DNA of 64,000 bases, from NCBI GenBank assembly GCA_051362555.1, contig CM120643.1, positions 23,626,848-23,690,847 on the forward strand, in the 5' to 3' direction. Made by a program: the position numbers and the translations under genes. Position 1 is the stretch's first letter, and each line of letters starts with the position of its first letter. This DNA comes from Lingula anatina. Lineage: Eukaryota > Animalia > Brachiopoda. Of this stretch, positions 26,498 through 38,963 are shown piece after piece. The notes under the pieces are model-generated. The model was not told the origin of the DNA. It did no database searches and saw only the letters and a list, made by a program, of their open reading frames with translations.

Positions 26498-27718
26498 CTA
26501 CATCCAGAGAATCTCGTCCAATGTGGTCATCCCGTAGGCCTGAGGACTGCGCGCTTCAGGCACATGTTTTCCGGCTATGTGCCCATCGATTAGAAACTCT
26601 TTCCCCAGCTTCTCTTGTGACCACAGCAATACCTTATCTATGTGCGGAGTATCCACGCCGACTATTTCCGCAATACCTCGAATCACAACCAGGCCGTATG
26701 GGATATCCTCGGAGAGATAGCGATTGTTGAAATCCGGGCTAAGTTTCCCGTCTTCGGTGGCAACCATTGGGAACCGAAGTCCCTCGTAGGCGGTGTTTGA
26801 GAGAAACGCGGTCTTCAGATTACTTTTGTCTAAAATGTGATCTTCGTAGATCTCCAGAATATAAGGGAACAGACCTTTTACTTTGCTGAGGTCAACGTTG
26901 GGGCGGAGTTCCATGATTCTCTTGGCCAATCCTTCCACCTCTTCGTGAACTTGGGTCATTTCCTTGATGGAGCTGTCCGTGACCCCATGGTACAACAGAG
27001 GGGCTCTGGACACCGGCTGACCATCCCAGTTAGCCCACTCGGCGTACATCATAGTGGGATGGACGTAAGCATTGGGAGACAGGAGGGTGATTCCCAGGAT
27101 ATGGCCGCTAACGTCTAGAACGGGCACCTCACCGACAAGATATTGAAGAGTTTCTACGGCGTTTCTGTCATGAGGGAATACCGTTTCACAATTCCCGTGA
27201 AGAGCTCCGTGGATTACTTTCTTTATGCCTAATACTTCTACGCTGTGGCCGTACTCCTTGAGTCTTGCTGCCCAGGGTAGTGTGTCAAAGGTCATCACTG
27301 ATATAGATTTTGCAACATCTTTTAAGACGTCATTTACTTCGAATTCGAAACCAGAAGAGCCAGGCAAGGCAACCAATAAGCTGCCTGGCTTGAGGAATGG
27401 TTTCATTGCATTAAGGTACTGCGCATGCCCATAGGCTGGCACTGCAAATACAACTAAATCACATCCGGGCACTACCTCTTCCGGGTACTTCGAAACAGTG
27501 AACGGATTTGCCTGTAGATCAATATCCGGTTGACCTCGGTGACCTTTGATGATAACGTTAAATCCCCTTAATTTCATTGCTTCTGTCCATTTATCTGCTT
27601 CGTCGGCAAAAATAGTGAGAACTCGGACCTCGACTCCCTGCCTCGTGGCGGCCAGGCCAGCCATCACGTGCGCTGCATTGCCGCCGCCACAAATAAGAAC
27701 TCGCACTGGATTGGTCAT
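26498..27718 (-). CDS. Opine dehydrogenase (octopine/tauropine/strombine DH family), copy 1, single coding exon
   Basis: 406-aa ORF. Rossmann motif VLICGGGNAAH, VPAYGH, FDTLPWAAR, catalytic-His region NAYVHPTMMY, LYHG, DFNNRYLSEDIPYGL, TP.ID.V..W.Q..LGKEFL. Splice acceptor (ccttctttttgcag) on the minus strand, with the exon starting at 27762, just upstream of the ATG. Confidence 0.93.
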   Translation of the reverse strand: MTNPVRVLICGGGNAAHVMAGLAATRQGVEVRVLTIFADEADKWTEAMKLRGFNVIIKGHRGQPDIDLQANPFTVSKYPEEVVPGCDLVVFAVPAYGHAQYLNAMKPFLKPGSLLVALPGSSGFEFEVNDVLKDVAKSISVMTFDTLPWAARLKEYGHSVEVLGIKKVIHGALHGNCETVFPHDRNAVETLQYLVGEVPVLDVSGHILGITLLSPNAYVHPTMMYAEWANWDGQPVSRAPLLYHGVTDSSIKEMTQVHEEVEGLAKRIMELRPNVDLSKVKGLFPYILEIYEDHILDKSNLKTAFLSNTAYEGLRFPMVATEDGKLSPDFNNRYLSEDIPYGLVVIRGIAEIVGVDTPHIDKVLLWSQEKLGKEFLIDGHIAGKHVPEARSPQAYGMTTLDEILWM

Positions 27719-29166
27719 TTTCGGCTTGCTTTTGGGCGTTCTTTTTAATTTTCGATATAGGTCTGCAAAAAGAAGGATACACCTGGATAATCAACTGACA
27801 AGGTCTTTGCTACACGTACGTGTTCGTTTATGGACTGCAAACAATTTACGGCGTTTCTATATGTATTCAGTCGCTGTCTACTAAATGGCGCTAAACTAAC
27901 GTTAACTGAACATAGAATCAACAATGTAAAGGACATGGAGCTTCCGCAATTTAAGAAGAATACGCAGGATAGATTGGTCTTTCTACATTTGGGGAGGCAA
28001 TTCACTCTGAACAAAAACGCACATTAAAAGTTAGATGATATTTACCACAGACAAATGTAAGGAAGCGCCTAGAAGTATACGTTAAAATCTTGAGTAGAGA
28101 ATTATCTGTAATTTAAAGGTGCACAGAGATGCACTTATCAAAACATTATTCCTCTGCGATATAGGATAATCATTGTGATACCATCTAGCAGTCAATTAAA
28201 TTTCATGGAGACTAATATCCCAAATATAACGCTTAATGCGTGTAACAACGACATCGATGCAATTAAAAGATAGGTCAATAGTTTCTTAACAATTGTTACC
28301 GCAGTTATTGGGCAAAACACGAGCAAAAAAGATCACCATGGAAACGCTGTTTTAACCACTTAAAGAGCAGAAGCAACTGACCATTAATCTCGTCAGTATC
28401 TATAACCGTCTCCCAGTGAACCTAAGACCTAGCAGCTATCTATAAACTGAAGCGCTACAGTATCTCTTAACGAGCGTAAAGACTTCGCCCTCATCATATA
28501 TTATTTACGGTTCATCTACAAAGATATATGCCACGCTGATGTACAGCAAAGCGTTGTAATAATATGCAAGTGAGTCTCTCCTAAACTAAACTGAACAATG
28601 TACAGCCTCATTGTATTGTGAGGAAGGCATCCATGCTTCACCCCGAGTTTCAAAGGCCACTGGAAACTCTCGCCTATTTTCCGGAATCGGAGGCAGTGAC
28701 CTCTAAAACACAGGGTGCAAGCCACGGAGGCACGTTGGCATGTTATTTTAAACTTTCATTAGACTGTATTATGACAGCAAATGAGTACGAACAAAGTTGC
28801 CAGCATCAAAAGTAAAACGTGTAGATATTCTGTTGACTTCGTTTTGCATGTATTAAAGTTCGATTTTAGTACATCTAAAAGAACAGATCGATACCGGGTA
28901 CTAGTGCTTATCGTGACCTAATTAATATACGGAAAACTGATACTTAAAAACACACACGAAAATCGGTCAGGCTATTCAGGTAAAAAGCATATGTCGTGTA
29001 TGTATCAACGGCATGTTTTTTGTTCTACTGTTGTCCTATAATTCATTTGCACGCACTGCCCGATAACAACCTATTTTACATGTATTGGCAGAAACATAGT
29101 CTCAAACTACCTCTGACTGCAAATTTCAAATCCGTGCAGTCTTCACGTTAACCTTACATATCTTAC

Positions 29167-29293
29167 CTGTAACTTGGCCCTGTAGTGCTATATCTGCTGA
29201 CGTGGATCTTAAAGATAACCCATAAAAAGGGTCATGCAGGGATTGCCCAGACTACTGCTACACCGGCGTTGTTATAAAGGAGCCTCTATTTAC
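29167..29293 (-). promoter_or_regulatory. Candidate non-coding first exon/core promoter of opine DH copy 1
   Basis: Strong minus-strand donor ACAG|GTAAGA (intron begins 29166). TATA-like TTTATAA (~29272-29278) and TGTAAATA (29287-29294) upstream. Locally CpG-richer sequence. Confidence 0.5.
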
Positions 29294-32200
29294 ACCACCA
29301 CGCGGCTTCGGCAGAAGACCTGGAAATGACGTTGGTTCTCGAAGCGCGTGATTATGAAAATCCCTCAAAGCTGGGTTAAAGAATGCCACGTCGTGTTTCA
29401 ATGCAAAGTAGGCCTAATGCATACCCGTCGGGTGTTTTTGTCGTGTTTGAGTATGAATAACACACCTTTCATTCTTTTTCTTTTGGGTTGTTGTTTGTAA
29501 TGCGTATAACAGTAGATCTGAATTTAGCGTACTTCACTGTTGCTTGGCGTCGACTTGAAATGACATAAGATCGTTTGCCAGAACTAACAGAGCACACCGC
29601 GGTCCCTCAGTGACGTGAAAGATTGATGCAATTAATCCGAAGCGTAACCGCAATGACAAGAACATTCATGTTAGTCACGCAAACATCCAGAATTCGTTAC
29701 CTCGTAGCATGTAAGAAGTGTATTTGTCGAATGTCTGGCAAACATGGCTGTTTTTGATCACAAATGAGAAAAAGATCAATAATGGCAAATATACCACTTA
29801 CAAAAACCTTATCGAATTATTGTGCGATTAATGAGACTCAATAATATTTCTACATTTTTTGATTCAGTGGGTGAATAGACGTAGAAGCAGGAAGGTAGAT
29901 ATTCGATTAGCGATAACGTGACTTATTGTACTAGATTTAATTGCACCAGCACTAATATGTTACGCCTGAAAAGGTAAAGAATTTTTATGAAAAGAAAAGC
30001 TGTGTAAAGGGCGATGATATTCTATTGATTGTTTGACCGGATGAGATTTTATTTGTCTGTGTGTGTATATTGTACGACTCAGTTATCTTGATATTATTAA
30101 TATGAAAACATTATTTTATTAGACTTTATCTCAACGAAAGATTGTGCTGACTTGCAAAAATGAAATCATCTGGTGATAAAAGAAAACGTACTGTCTTCTA
30201 CGTATGGCAAGGTTGCTAAAATTGCCGCATAAACAGTGTGATTGTGATCTCCGTCTCTAAAGCAATCGAGCTTTTTTTTGTGCCAAATCTAACTCGTTCC
30301 TGGTGTTTAAACACTTTTAAAACCGTACTCCTTTCACCTACTACTCAAAATTATTTTTTAATCCAGGCTCCCACTTTATTTGTTTATTTATTTTTTGTTT
30401 GTTTTTGTTTCATTCTAGAAAACCCATCTGAGACTCATAGATCCATTATGCTTCATAAACGTCAATTATCACTTGGAAGGGGTCTTACTCTTCCATAAAA
30501 TTCTATTCTATTTACTATACATATAATGACAAAGCATAATAGATTCTACTCCTGCCAAATGTCACCGATATGTTTTCAAATACACGCTTTAGGTATACAC
30601 TGTACAATGCTATACTGTATATAAGGGATTCAACCCAGGCAAACATAAAAGGTCTTCTTCATAAAATAAGCAGTGCGAATAAGCCAGCCAGGAGGAAAAT
30701 AACCAAAATGTGCTGAGGAAATTGCCTTTGTGAATGCTATGAAAACGTGTGATAATGAAAATGCCTCAAAGCTAAATTAGGACGATAATTTTTATGTAGG
30801 TCATTGCTGTAAGTGAGCGCGATATTTGTGTGAGATCTGAGATTCACTGGTACATCTAGTTAGCACTGACTACAACTTCGTCATCATGAACTCGAGCTTT
30901 TACAACATTACAAGACTGATTTACAACATTAAAGGAGATCCATTAAAGGAACGGATTTTGCCAAATCATCTTATACATCAAAACTAAGACCCACAAAACA
31001 CGTCTGTTTGGTCCAAGACCAAAACTAATTTAAGTCTAAGACTTTCAAGGAGACGAATGGCCCCCGAGAGAGCAATGGAAGATTGATTGAACGAGTCATT
31101 ATGATAATGATTATTATGTAATTATGACAGATGCCTCACCGATTGGTGAAGATCACGGGTTACGGACTCGATCATCCTGCTATTTTCAACCTCCATTTCC
31201 CTAAAAACCTGCTTTTTAACTAGCCAAAATATACTAAGAGCAAAAGTAGTGCTGTGCATAGTCGCTGTTATTGGACGTACATGTAATGCGGTGTGGTATC
31301 ACACATGTGGTAATCTTATTACAAGGTACATTTATTAATTTTGTATTTCTGTCACAATTAATTCTGGACATTAACTGAGCACAGAGGTCTACGGGTTCAG
31401 ATTAATACTTGACCAGCATGATAAATAACTTTAACATGTCTGTATGAGCGGTCTAAATGTAAAGACAAGTGCTTCTTGTGGCTTTTAAAGGGAAAGGCGG
31501 TGATTAATTGGCGAGATCCATACCATAAAACCCGCATTTAATACCACATGTTATACTTCTTTCTCCCTGCCGATTTTCGAATTCACCCTTTTCGTCCTTT
31601 CCAAGTCATTGTTTTAATTACGTTAACTCAAAATGACATCCCGTGCCTCTTCTCGCTAGCATTAGCCGTTCCATGCGTCCCTTGGAGCGTTCTCATATTA
31701 AGACGCAATTTTTATCATCTGATACAAGTTCATAAGCTTTAAAAACAATATTCAAATAATATTATTGATATCCAAATGATGATATTCATGTTCAAAAATA
31801 AATGTGAAAAGTTGATGTAAAGAGTACAAGTCGGCGTGTCATCTGAAGTATACTAAGATTGTGTGGGGCATGTAAAGACAAATTTGTGTTCTTGTTTAAG
31901 ATGCACAAACCCCTTAAAGAATTAAAACTCAGTAGAAATATATGGAGAATATTATCAAGGGCACGCAATGAGTGATTAACCTAAACTTTAATTTTTCGGG
32001 ATATTCCAATGCCTCGATCTCTTCGATATCATCACCGGTTGGTATATCATATTCACATTACGACCTTGCAGGCCTTGTTATTGAAGAAGTCGTCTGCTAT
32101 TTTTGAGATCCACATATATGTCGTACTTTGACCGCAGAGTCCAACCTGTTCTATTCTATGTTGTAAGTGACCCGCTCACCACGTCTACTACGTCTCAAAT

Positions 32201-33003
32201 TAAAGTGGCATGTAATTCTATATGCTTACACAGTCTGTAGGCCTGTTACGGGTCAGGAATCTGGACTATCCATTTGTCACCAAAAGATGCATAAACCAGT
32301 AAACAATATGAAGGGACACAAACTTACTTAAAGTGCATGCTAAGATATCTCGCTTTCGCCTTTTGGATGAACAAATGTAGATTTTTACCTAAAAGATGGG
32401 CCAAATTTTGTATTTTAAAAAGAGAATACAGAACACAATTTGCGTTAACGTTTTCTTTCTTTCTTTTCTTTTTGTTTCTCTCCCTCTTTCTCTCACTGTT
32501 TTTTGTGTGGAATAGGTTCCTGAACAGTTTGAACCGACATTACCCAAAATGGACGGCGTTAATTCTCGTATCTGATTTGTATGAACATTGATCTTTTTTT
32601 AGCTCTAGCCAATATCTCAAATTGATTATTTTGTTCAATATTGCGTCATAGTTGTGCCCATTGTCGTATCAGGTCAACATGATTGAAACAATGGCTATAA
32701 ATTAAACAAAAGAAGACAAAAGAAAAAAGTTTGCAGTGTAAAAACATAGTATAATTTCGTAATACGTCAAAATGTCAAACGATTTTTCTAAAATATAAAA
32801 AAGTATATATTACAATTTGTTGTTGCTTTTTATTCAAATAAAAAGGTTTTGTTGTAAGTTAGAAGTTAGTAATAAAGTACTAAGTGGCTGTTTTGTGCTG
32901 ATGCCATTCAAATAATGAAAAAATTAAAGCCTAATATATATATATATATATGTACGACATCACGCCACAGGGTGATAATTATATTTAAAGCGGTACACAA
33001 TGC

Positions 33004-34218
33004 TCAGTGCCCCAAAACTTCATCCAGAGTTTTTAAGCCGTACGCCTGAGGACACTGAATAGAATAGATGTCTTTTCCCTGCATCTTTCCATTTACAAGA
33101 AATTCTTTCCCCAGTTTCTCTTGCGCCCAGAGTAAAATCTTGTCCATGATTGGAGTTTCTATTCCTGCCACCTCAGCTACGCCTCTAGTCACCGCCAACC
33201 CAAAGGGAATATCTTCAGAAATGTACCTATGGCTAAAATCTGGTACACATTTCCCTGGTTCTATTTCTAACATGCTGTGTTTCAGGCCTGCGTATGCGTT
33301 GTTCGTTTGTAGAACTGTCTTTAAAGAGCTCTTGTCTTGGACGTCGTTGGTGTAGCGTGTCATGAACCAATCGTACACGTGCTTAACTTGAGATAAGTCC
33401 ACATCAGGGCGCTTGCGTTTGATACCTTTTGTCACCTTGAGATTTTCGTCGCTCAGGTCGCTGATCAACTGGGCTGTGGTTTCGTTTACCCCTTGGTAGA
33501 ACAGCGGGACTTTATCCAAAGGTTTGCCGTCCCAATTGGCCCACGTGCCGTACATGATCGCAGAATGAAGTGTAGGTGTGGCCATTAAGGTGATGCATAA
33601 GGGATGTCCCGCCAGGTGAAGCACCGGGGCGGCGCCCAATATGTACTGGAGTGTTTCCACCGGGGTTTTCCTCATGGGACCAATGGGGGCTGTAGACAAG
33701 CTACCTTGTATGGCCACTAAGACAGTTTCTTTGCTGCCAAGGATCTCCACTTCCTTCCCGTACTCCTTAATCCGACAGGCCCATGGTAGCGTTTCAAAGA
33801 TGAAGACGGTGTCGGCTTTATCCCCCAAAATCCCTCTGACCGCGTGGTCGAAACTTGGTCCAGGGACCCCGAGTATGATGCATTTAGGGTCAACATATGG
33901 TTTTATAGCTTCCAAGTACTGGTTGTGGGCAAAAGCCGGGACAACAATGATGATCATTTTGCAACCTGGAACCACCTCCTCTGGCTTCTTGGACACCATA
34001 CTGGGTTTGGATTTTATTGCAGTGTCCGGTTGACCATCAGAACCTTTGACGAGTACGGTCAGGTCGTTGGTTTTAAGGCTCTCTGACCACCGGTCAGCCT
34101 CATCAGCGAAGAGTGTGAGGACTCTGACCTCGATGTCAGGTTTGGCGGCTGCTAATCCGGCCATTACGTGGGCACCATTGCCGCCTCCGCAAACGAGCAC
34201 TCGGAATTTGTCAGACAT
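33004..34218 (-). CDS. Opine dehydrogenase, copy 2, single coding exon
   Basis: 404 aa. CGGGNGAH, VPAFAH, FETLPWACR, TPTLHSAIMY, LFYQG, DFSHRYISEDIPFGL. Minus-strand acceptor with the exon starting at 34270. AATAAA on the minus strand at 32829-32834. Confidence 0.93.
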   Translation of the reverse strand: MSDKFRVLVCGGGNGAHVMAGLAAAKPDIEVRVLTLFADEADRWSESLKTNDLTVLVKGSDGQPDTAIKSKPSMVSKKPEEVVPGCKMIIIVVPAFAHNQYLEAIKPYVDPKCIILGVPGPSFDHAVRGILGDKADTVFIFETLPWACRIKEYGKEVEILGSKETVLVAIQGSLSTAPIGPMRKTPVETLQYILGAAPVLHLAGHPLCITLMATPTLHSAIMYGTWANWDGKPLDKVPLFYQGVNETTAQLISDLSDENLKVTKGIKRKRPDVDLSQVKHVYDWFMTRYTNDVQDKSSLKTVLQTNNAYAGLKHSMLEIEPGKCVPDFSHRYISEDIPFGLAVTRGVAEVAGIETPIMDKILLWAQEKLGKEFLVNGKMQGKDIYSIQCPQAYGLKTLDEVLGH

Positions 34219-36958
34219 GTTGTGGTGTGGCTAATTTTGTCGTGATGAACCGGCTATGTAGCAGCGTCTCCTGTTCTGAATAATTAATGCAGATGCAGAT
34301 ATTTTATAATAACGCAAATATTTTTATTAAAAAAACATATTCTTATAAGAAAAAATAAAAGCGTCTGTTTTAGAATCAGAAGGTAATATTTAAGTAAAGA
34401 GCAGAAATAGTTCGGTTTTTACAAAGGCATATTTCACAATGCCTAATGATATAATGGGAAATTTAATTAGGAGGTCTAGCACAACTATCCAATATATTTA
34501 AATTGTGATAGAGAAGTTATTGCAAAGCTTAATTATTTTACGTAGAATGCTGGTTAAGTTGCAAAACCTCTGTAAAGTTGCATAAAAGTACTAGGCTATG
34601 CAATATATATTTTCACTAGATATCAACAAATGCATCGTTGGTGTATTCTGTGCAAGTTTCTATACAGCGGGGTTTTTTGCAAAGAATTTCAGAAATGACT
34701 TCTGTTAAAATATTTCCAACTATATTAACACTTAAAGCGTTATTACTTGAAAATAGAAGGCGACTTCACTGGTTAAAAAATAAGGACCTTTGGGCGACTT
34801 TGCTATATTTATCACTTCATGGACATTTGTATCCAAACATGTTTCAGGTATGGTTGGAAAAGCAAAAATGTCGATATACTGTTTCACTCTGTACTAGAAT
34901 GTTAAAGCAATACACTTGCGCGTCTTGCCTCATGGAAAATTATAGTGTTTTGAGAGTGCTAATCGATCAAGACGATTGGAGCACACAATTATATACTTTT
35001 ACTGATTATTTTAACACTATTATTTATTATTTATGGTTAATCATTTATTCCTATTTATTTATTTATTCCATTAATTATCCAATAGCCTACAAGTAAATAA
35101 TATTTTCATAACCTGGTTTAACTAACCAAGAAATTTCACAGGCGCGGATCTGGGAACTGGGGCTCCTGGGGGTGGGGGGGGTGGGGGTGGGGGGAGTCTT
35201 TTTCCACGCTGATATAACATGAAGTATCGTAAGAGACGTCATCATGCAATCACATAACCTTTGGTAGAGGCTAGTGCACCCAGTGCTTGCTCCTCCGATA
35301 TCCAGATGACCCCGTAAAAACACTACTTTACGTACTACAGTGTACGTCCTGTACATGTACATGCTGCACCGGTACATGCTACAGGTATGTCTATATAACT
35401 GTATATTTTGCCACAATTCTTTGACTTTGACAGTGTGTGAAACATCAATGAAAATTCACTTATCAGATTGTATCTCCGACATTTGCCTGTGCGTGTGTGT
35501 GTGTGACCTCTCATGACTAACTTTAGAGCTCTTAACAATAGCCCATGTAGTGTGAAACAACCATAAGGGCCTGTAGCTACGAGGAAATGCTCATGCTAAA
35601 TATCTATTAGCCCCTACAACAAAAAATAACTAAATAGAAAGATTTTATGAATATTATCAAAGGCACATAATGAGTGTGAGACATTTTAGAGCAATATTTT
35701 AAATTTCCTCGATATTCAAAGGCTTCTGTTTATTTTTATTATAAATTACGCCGTACCTATATAACGATCTTTAACGCAGTTTTTGAGTCGTTCTGAATGT
35801 GACCCAATCTTGTAATGTAGATGGAAAATGGTGACGAACAGAGAAACTAAGCTCTCGCATGCGGGTTTACATATTATAATTTTTCTCAACGGGTTAGGAT
35901 AAGGTACAGAACACCTTGGTGATAAAAAGGAAATTACTGAAAATTACAGGAACTGCTATGTTTTACTATTTCAAAAAGAAACAAGCGCATTGTATTCATT
36001 TTAATACGCGAACGGGCCGTCGTCTGCTACGTGTATATCGGAGATCCACACTTATCTCACATTATGACCGCAGAGTCTTACCTGTTCTATTCTATGTTGT
36101 AAGTGACCCACTCACCACGTCTACCAGGTATCACACTAAAGTGGCATGTTATTCTATACGCCTATACAGTCTAGAGACTTGTTACGGGTCAGATATCTGG
36201 ACTATCCATTTGTCACCAAAAGTTCACGTAAACCAGTAAACAATATGGAGGGACACAAATATACATAGAGTGGCTGTTAGGGCAACTCTCTTTTTTTCTT
36301 TTGAGAGTGCAAGGATAATTTTGTACTTAATGTCGGTCCCTATTTTGTATTATTAAACAGGAAATACAAAGAACGTGTTTAGACCAATTTTGAAGCAATT
36401 TTTCTTTGTGTGTGTGTGAAACGAGTTCCTAATTTAACAGAATAGGATTCATTTGAACTGACATTGCCCAAATGAACGGTTTTAATTCTAAGTGCAGTGC
36501 ACCTGAGTGTATGAACATTTATCTCTTTTAGCTCTTACCAATATGTCAAATTGATATTCATAGTATGTATAACTACACGCGTCATAGTTGTTCCAAGTAT
36601 TAGGTCAACAAATGACAGAAACAATGACTACAAATTGAACTAAAGAAGACAAAAGACCAAACTTTGCAGTATAAAGCATAGTATTCCATTAAAAGATGCG
36701 AAGCAAATTTTCTTTAATATAAAAAGTATATATACAAGTTGTTGCTTTTTATTCAAATAAAAAGATCTTGCTGTAAGTTAGTAATAAAATTACTAAGCGG
36801 TTGTAGAATCAATATCGGTAGAAATAAATCGGTTTGAAATGTTAAACAACTGTTTAAAATTTGTTGATGCCAGTCACGTTTAGAAAAAAGCCTATTATCA
36901 ATAAATATAGGCCTACGACATGAGGCCCTAGGGTAATAACTCTAGCGGTACACAAAGT

Positions 36959-38173
36959 TCAGTGTCCCAAAATGTCATCCAGAGTAGTTAAGCCGTATGC
37001 CTGAGGACACCGAGTATACTGGATGTCTTTTCCCTGCATCTTTCCATTGACAAGGAACTCTTTTCCCAGTTTTTCCTGAGCCCAGAGTAAAATCTTGTCC
37101 ATGATTGGAGTTTCTATTCCTGCCACCTCAGCTACGCCTCTAGTCACCGCCAACCCAAAGGGAACGTTCTCCGAAAGGTACCGATGGCTAAAATCTGGCA
37201 CGAATTTGCCTGGTTCTATTTCTAACATGTTGTGTTTCAGGCCTGCGTACGCATTGTTCGTTTGTAGGACAGTCTTTAAAGAGCTCTTGTCTTGGACGTC
37301 GTTGGTGTAGCGTGTCATGAACCAATCGTACACGTGCTTCACCTGGGACAAGTCTACATCAGGGCGCTTGCGCTTAATTCCTTCCGTAACAGTGAGATTC
37401 TCGTTGCTGAGATCGCTCATCAACTGGGCTGTGGCTTCGTCTACCCCCTGGTAGAACAACGGCACTTTATCCAAAGGTTTGCCGTCCCAATTGGCCCACG
37501 TGCCGTACATTATCGCACAATGAATGGTATGGGCCGCCATCAGAGTGATGCCCAAGGGATGGCCGGTTACGTGAAGCACCGGAGCGGCGCCCAATATGTA
37601 CTGGAGTGTTTCCACCGGGGTTTTCCCCATGGGACCAATGGGGGCTGTAGACAAACTACCCTGTATGGCTCCCAAGATAGTTTCTTTGCTGCCAAGGATC
37701 TCCACTTCTTTTCCGTACTCCTTAATCCGACAGGCCCATGGTAGCGTTTCGAACATCAACATATTGTCGGATTTATTGCCCAAAATCCCTCTGACCGCGT
37801 AGTCAAAACTAGGTCCAGGGACCCCTAGTATGATGCATTTAGGGTCAACATATGGTTTTATAGCTTCCAAGTACTGGTTGTGGGCAAATGCCGGGACAAC
37901 AAAGATGATCATTTTGCAACCTGGAACCACCTCCTCTGGCTTCTTGGATACAATACTGGGTTTGGCTTTTATGGCAGTGTCCGGTTGACCATCAGAGCCT
38001 TTGACGAGTATTGTTAGGTCGTTGGTTTTAAGACTCTCTGACCACCGGTCAGCCTCATCAGCGAAGAGTGTGAGGACTCTGGCCTCGATATCCGGTTTGG
38101 CGGCTGCTAATCCGGCCATTACGTGGGCACCATTGCCGCCTCCGCAAACGAGCACTCGGAATTTGTCAGACAT
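36959..38173 (-). CDS. Opine dehydrogenase, copy 3, single coding exon (catalytic Asp replaced by Asn)
   Basis: 404 aa; 40 residue differences from copy 2 by manual count (~90% identical). CGGGNGAH, FETLPWACR, AHTIHCAIMY, DFSHRYLSENVPFGL. Acceptor with the exon starting at 38220. AATAAA on the minus strand at 36748-36753. Confidence 0.93.
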   Translation of the reverse strand: MSDKFRVLVCGGGNGAHVMAGLAAAKPDIEARVLTLFADEADRWSESLKTNDLTILVKGSDGQPDTAIKAKPSIVSKKPEEVVPGCKMIIFVVPAFAHNQYLEAIKPYVDPKCIILGVPGPSFDYAVRGILGNKSDNMLMFETLPWACRIKEYGKEVEILGSKETILGAIQGSLSTAPIGPMGKTPVETLQYILGAAPVLHVTGHPLGITLMAAHTIHCAIMYGTWANWDGKPLDKVPLFYQGVDEATAQLMSDLSNENLTVTEGIKRKRPDVDLSQVKHVYDWFMTRYTNDVQDKSSLKTVLQTNNAYAGLKHNMLEIEPGKFVPDFSHRYLSENVPFGLAVTRGVAEVAGIETPIMDKILLWAQEKLGKEFLVNGKMQGKDIQYTRCPQAYGLTTLDDILGH

Positions 38174-38573
38174 TTTGTGGTGTGGCTACTTTTGATGAAC
38201 CGGATATGTCGCGGTGTATCCTGCACTAAATAAATAATGGAAATACAGACTTTTTATTATTGTTCAAATATATTGATTTGATTCATAATACCGTATTCTA
38301 TAAATAAAAGCATCGGTTTTAGAATGAAAACAGAAGGAAATGATAGTCATATTTTGTGGAGATGAATCAGTTCAGTTTTTATCAAAGCACTTTATCTAAT
38401 AATAAAATGTTTTTTTATCATGCATGGCGACTATCAAAACTGCCTTTTTTATCTATGAACATCTGAAGCATTCTTTTTTCAAGAAGACTTAGTAGTTTCA
38501 GTAGAGTACTGCCTAAATCGTCAAAAACTCCGGGAAGCAGATTAAAGGTACTGCGCTGTGCAGAAAAAAAAAA

Positions 38574-38608
<35 letters not shown>

Positions 38609-38915
38609 ACAGGTCTCTAAGTATCATAAGTGAGACACGCGGTAGCAATATTCTAACATGAGAGTTTGTTTCCTGCATATCAGGGCCAAAGAGAGATTTT
38701 TTCACTAGATATTGACAGATGTATTACTGGCTAATGATTTGCACATTTACGTCTGGTAGAGGATAGGATACCAAGTGTTATCTGCCCTGATATCAATATG
38801 ACCATGAAACATATACTACTTTACATCCTGTACATGCTACAGGTATGTCTTTGCATCTATATGTTATTTTCAGATCCTTCGACTTTGGCAGAATATGAAT
38901 CATATCTAAAATTCA

Positions 38916-38916
38916 T

Positions 38917-38963
<47 letters not shown>
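38916..38963. repeat. (TTTA)n microsatellite; a (TA)n run also lies at 38579-38606
   Basis: Direct reading of the sequence. Confidence 0.9.

Noticed and set aside
34638-35416. 152-aa and 109-aa ORFs upstream of opine DH copy 2
   Set aside because: Low-complexity AT-rich intronic composition with no domain signal; part overlaps a degenerate CAGGCGCGGATC-type MITE (~35139-35308).
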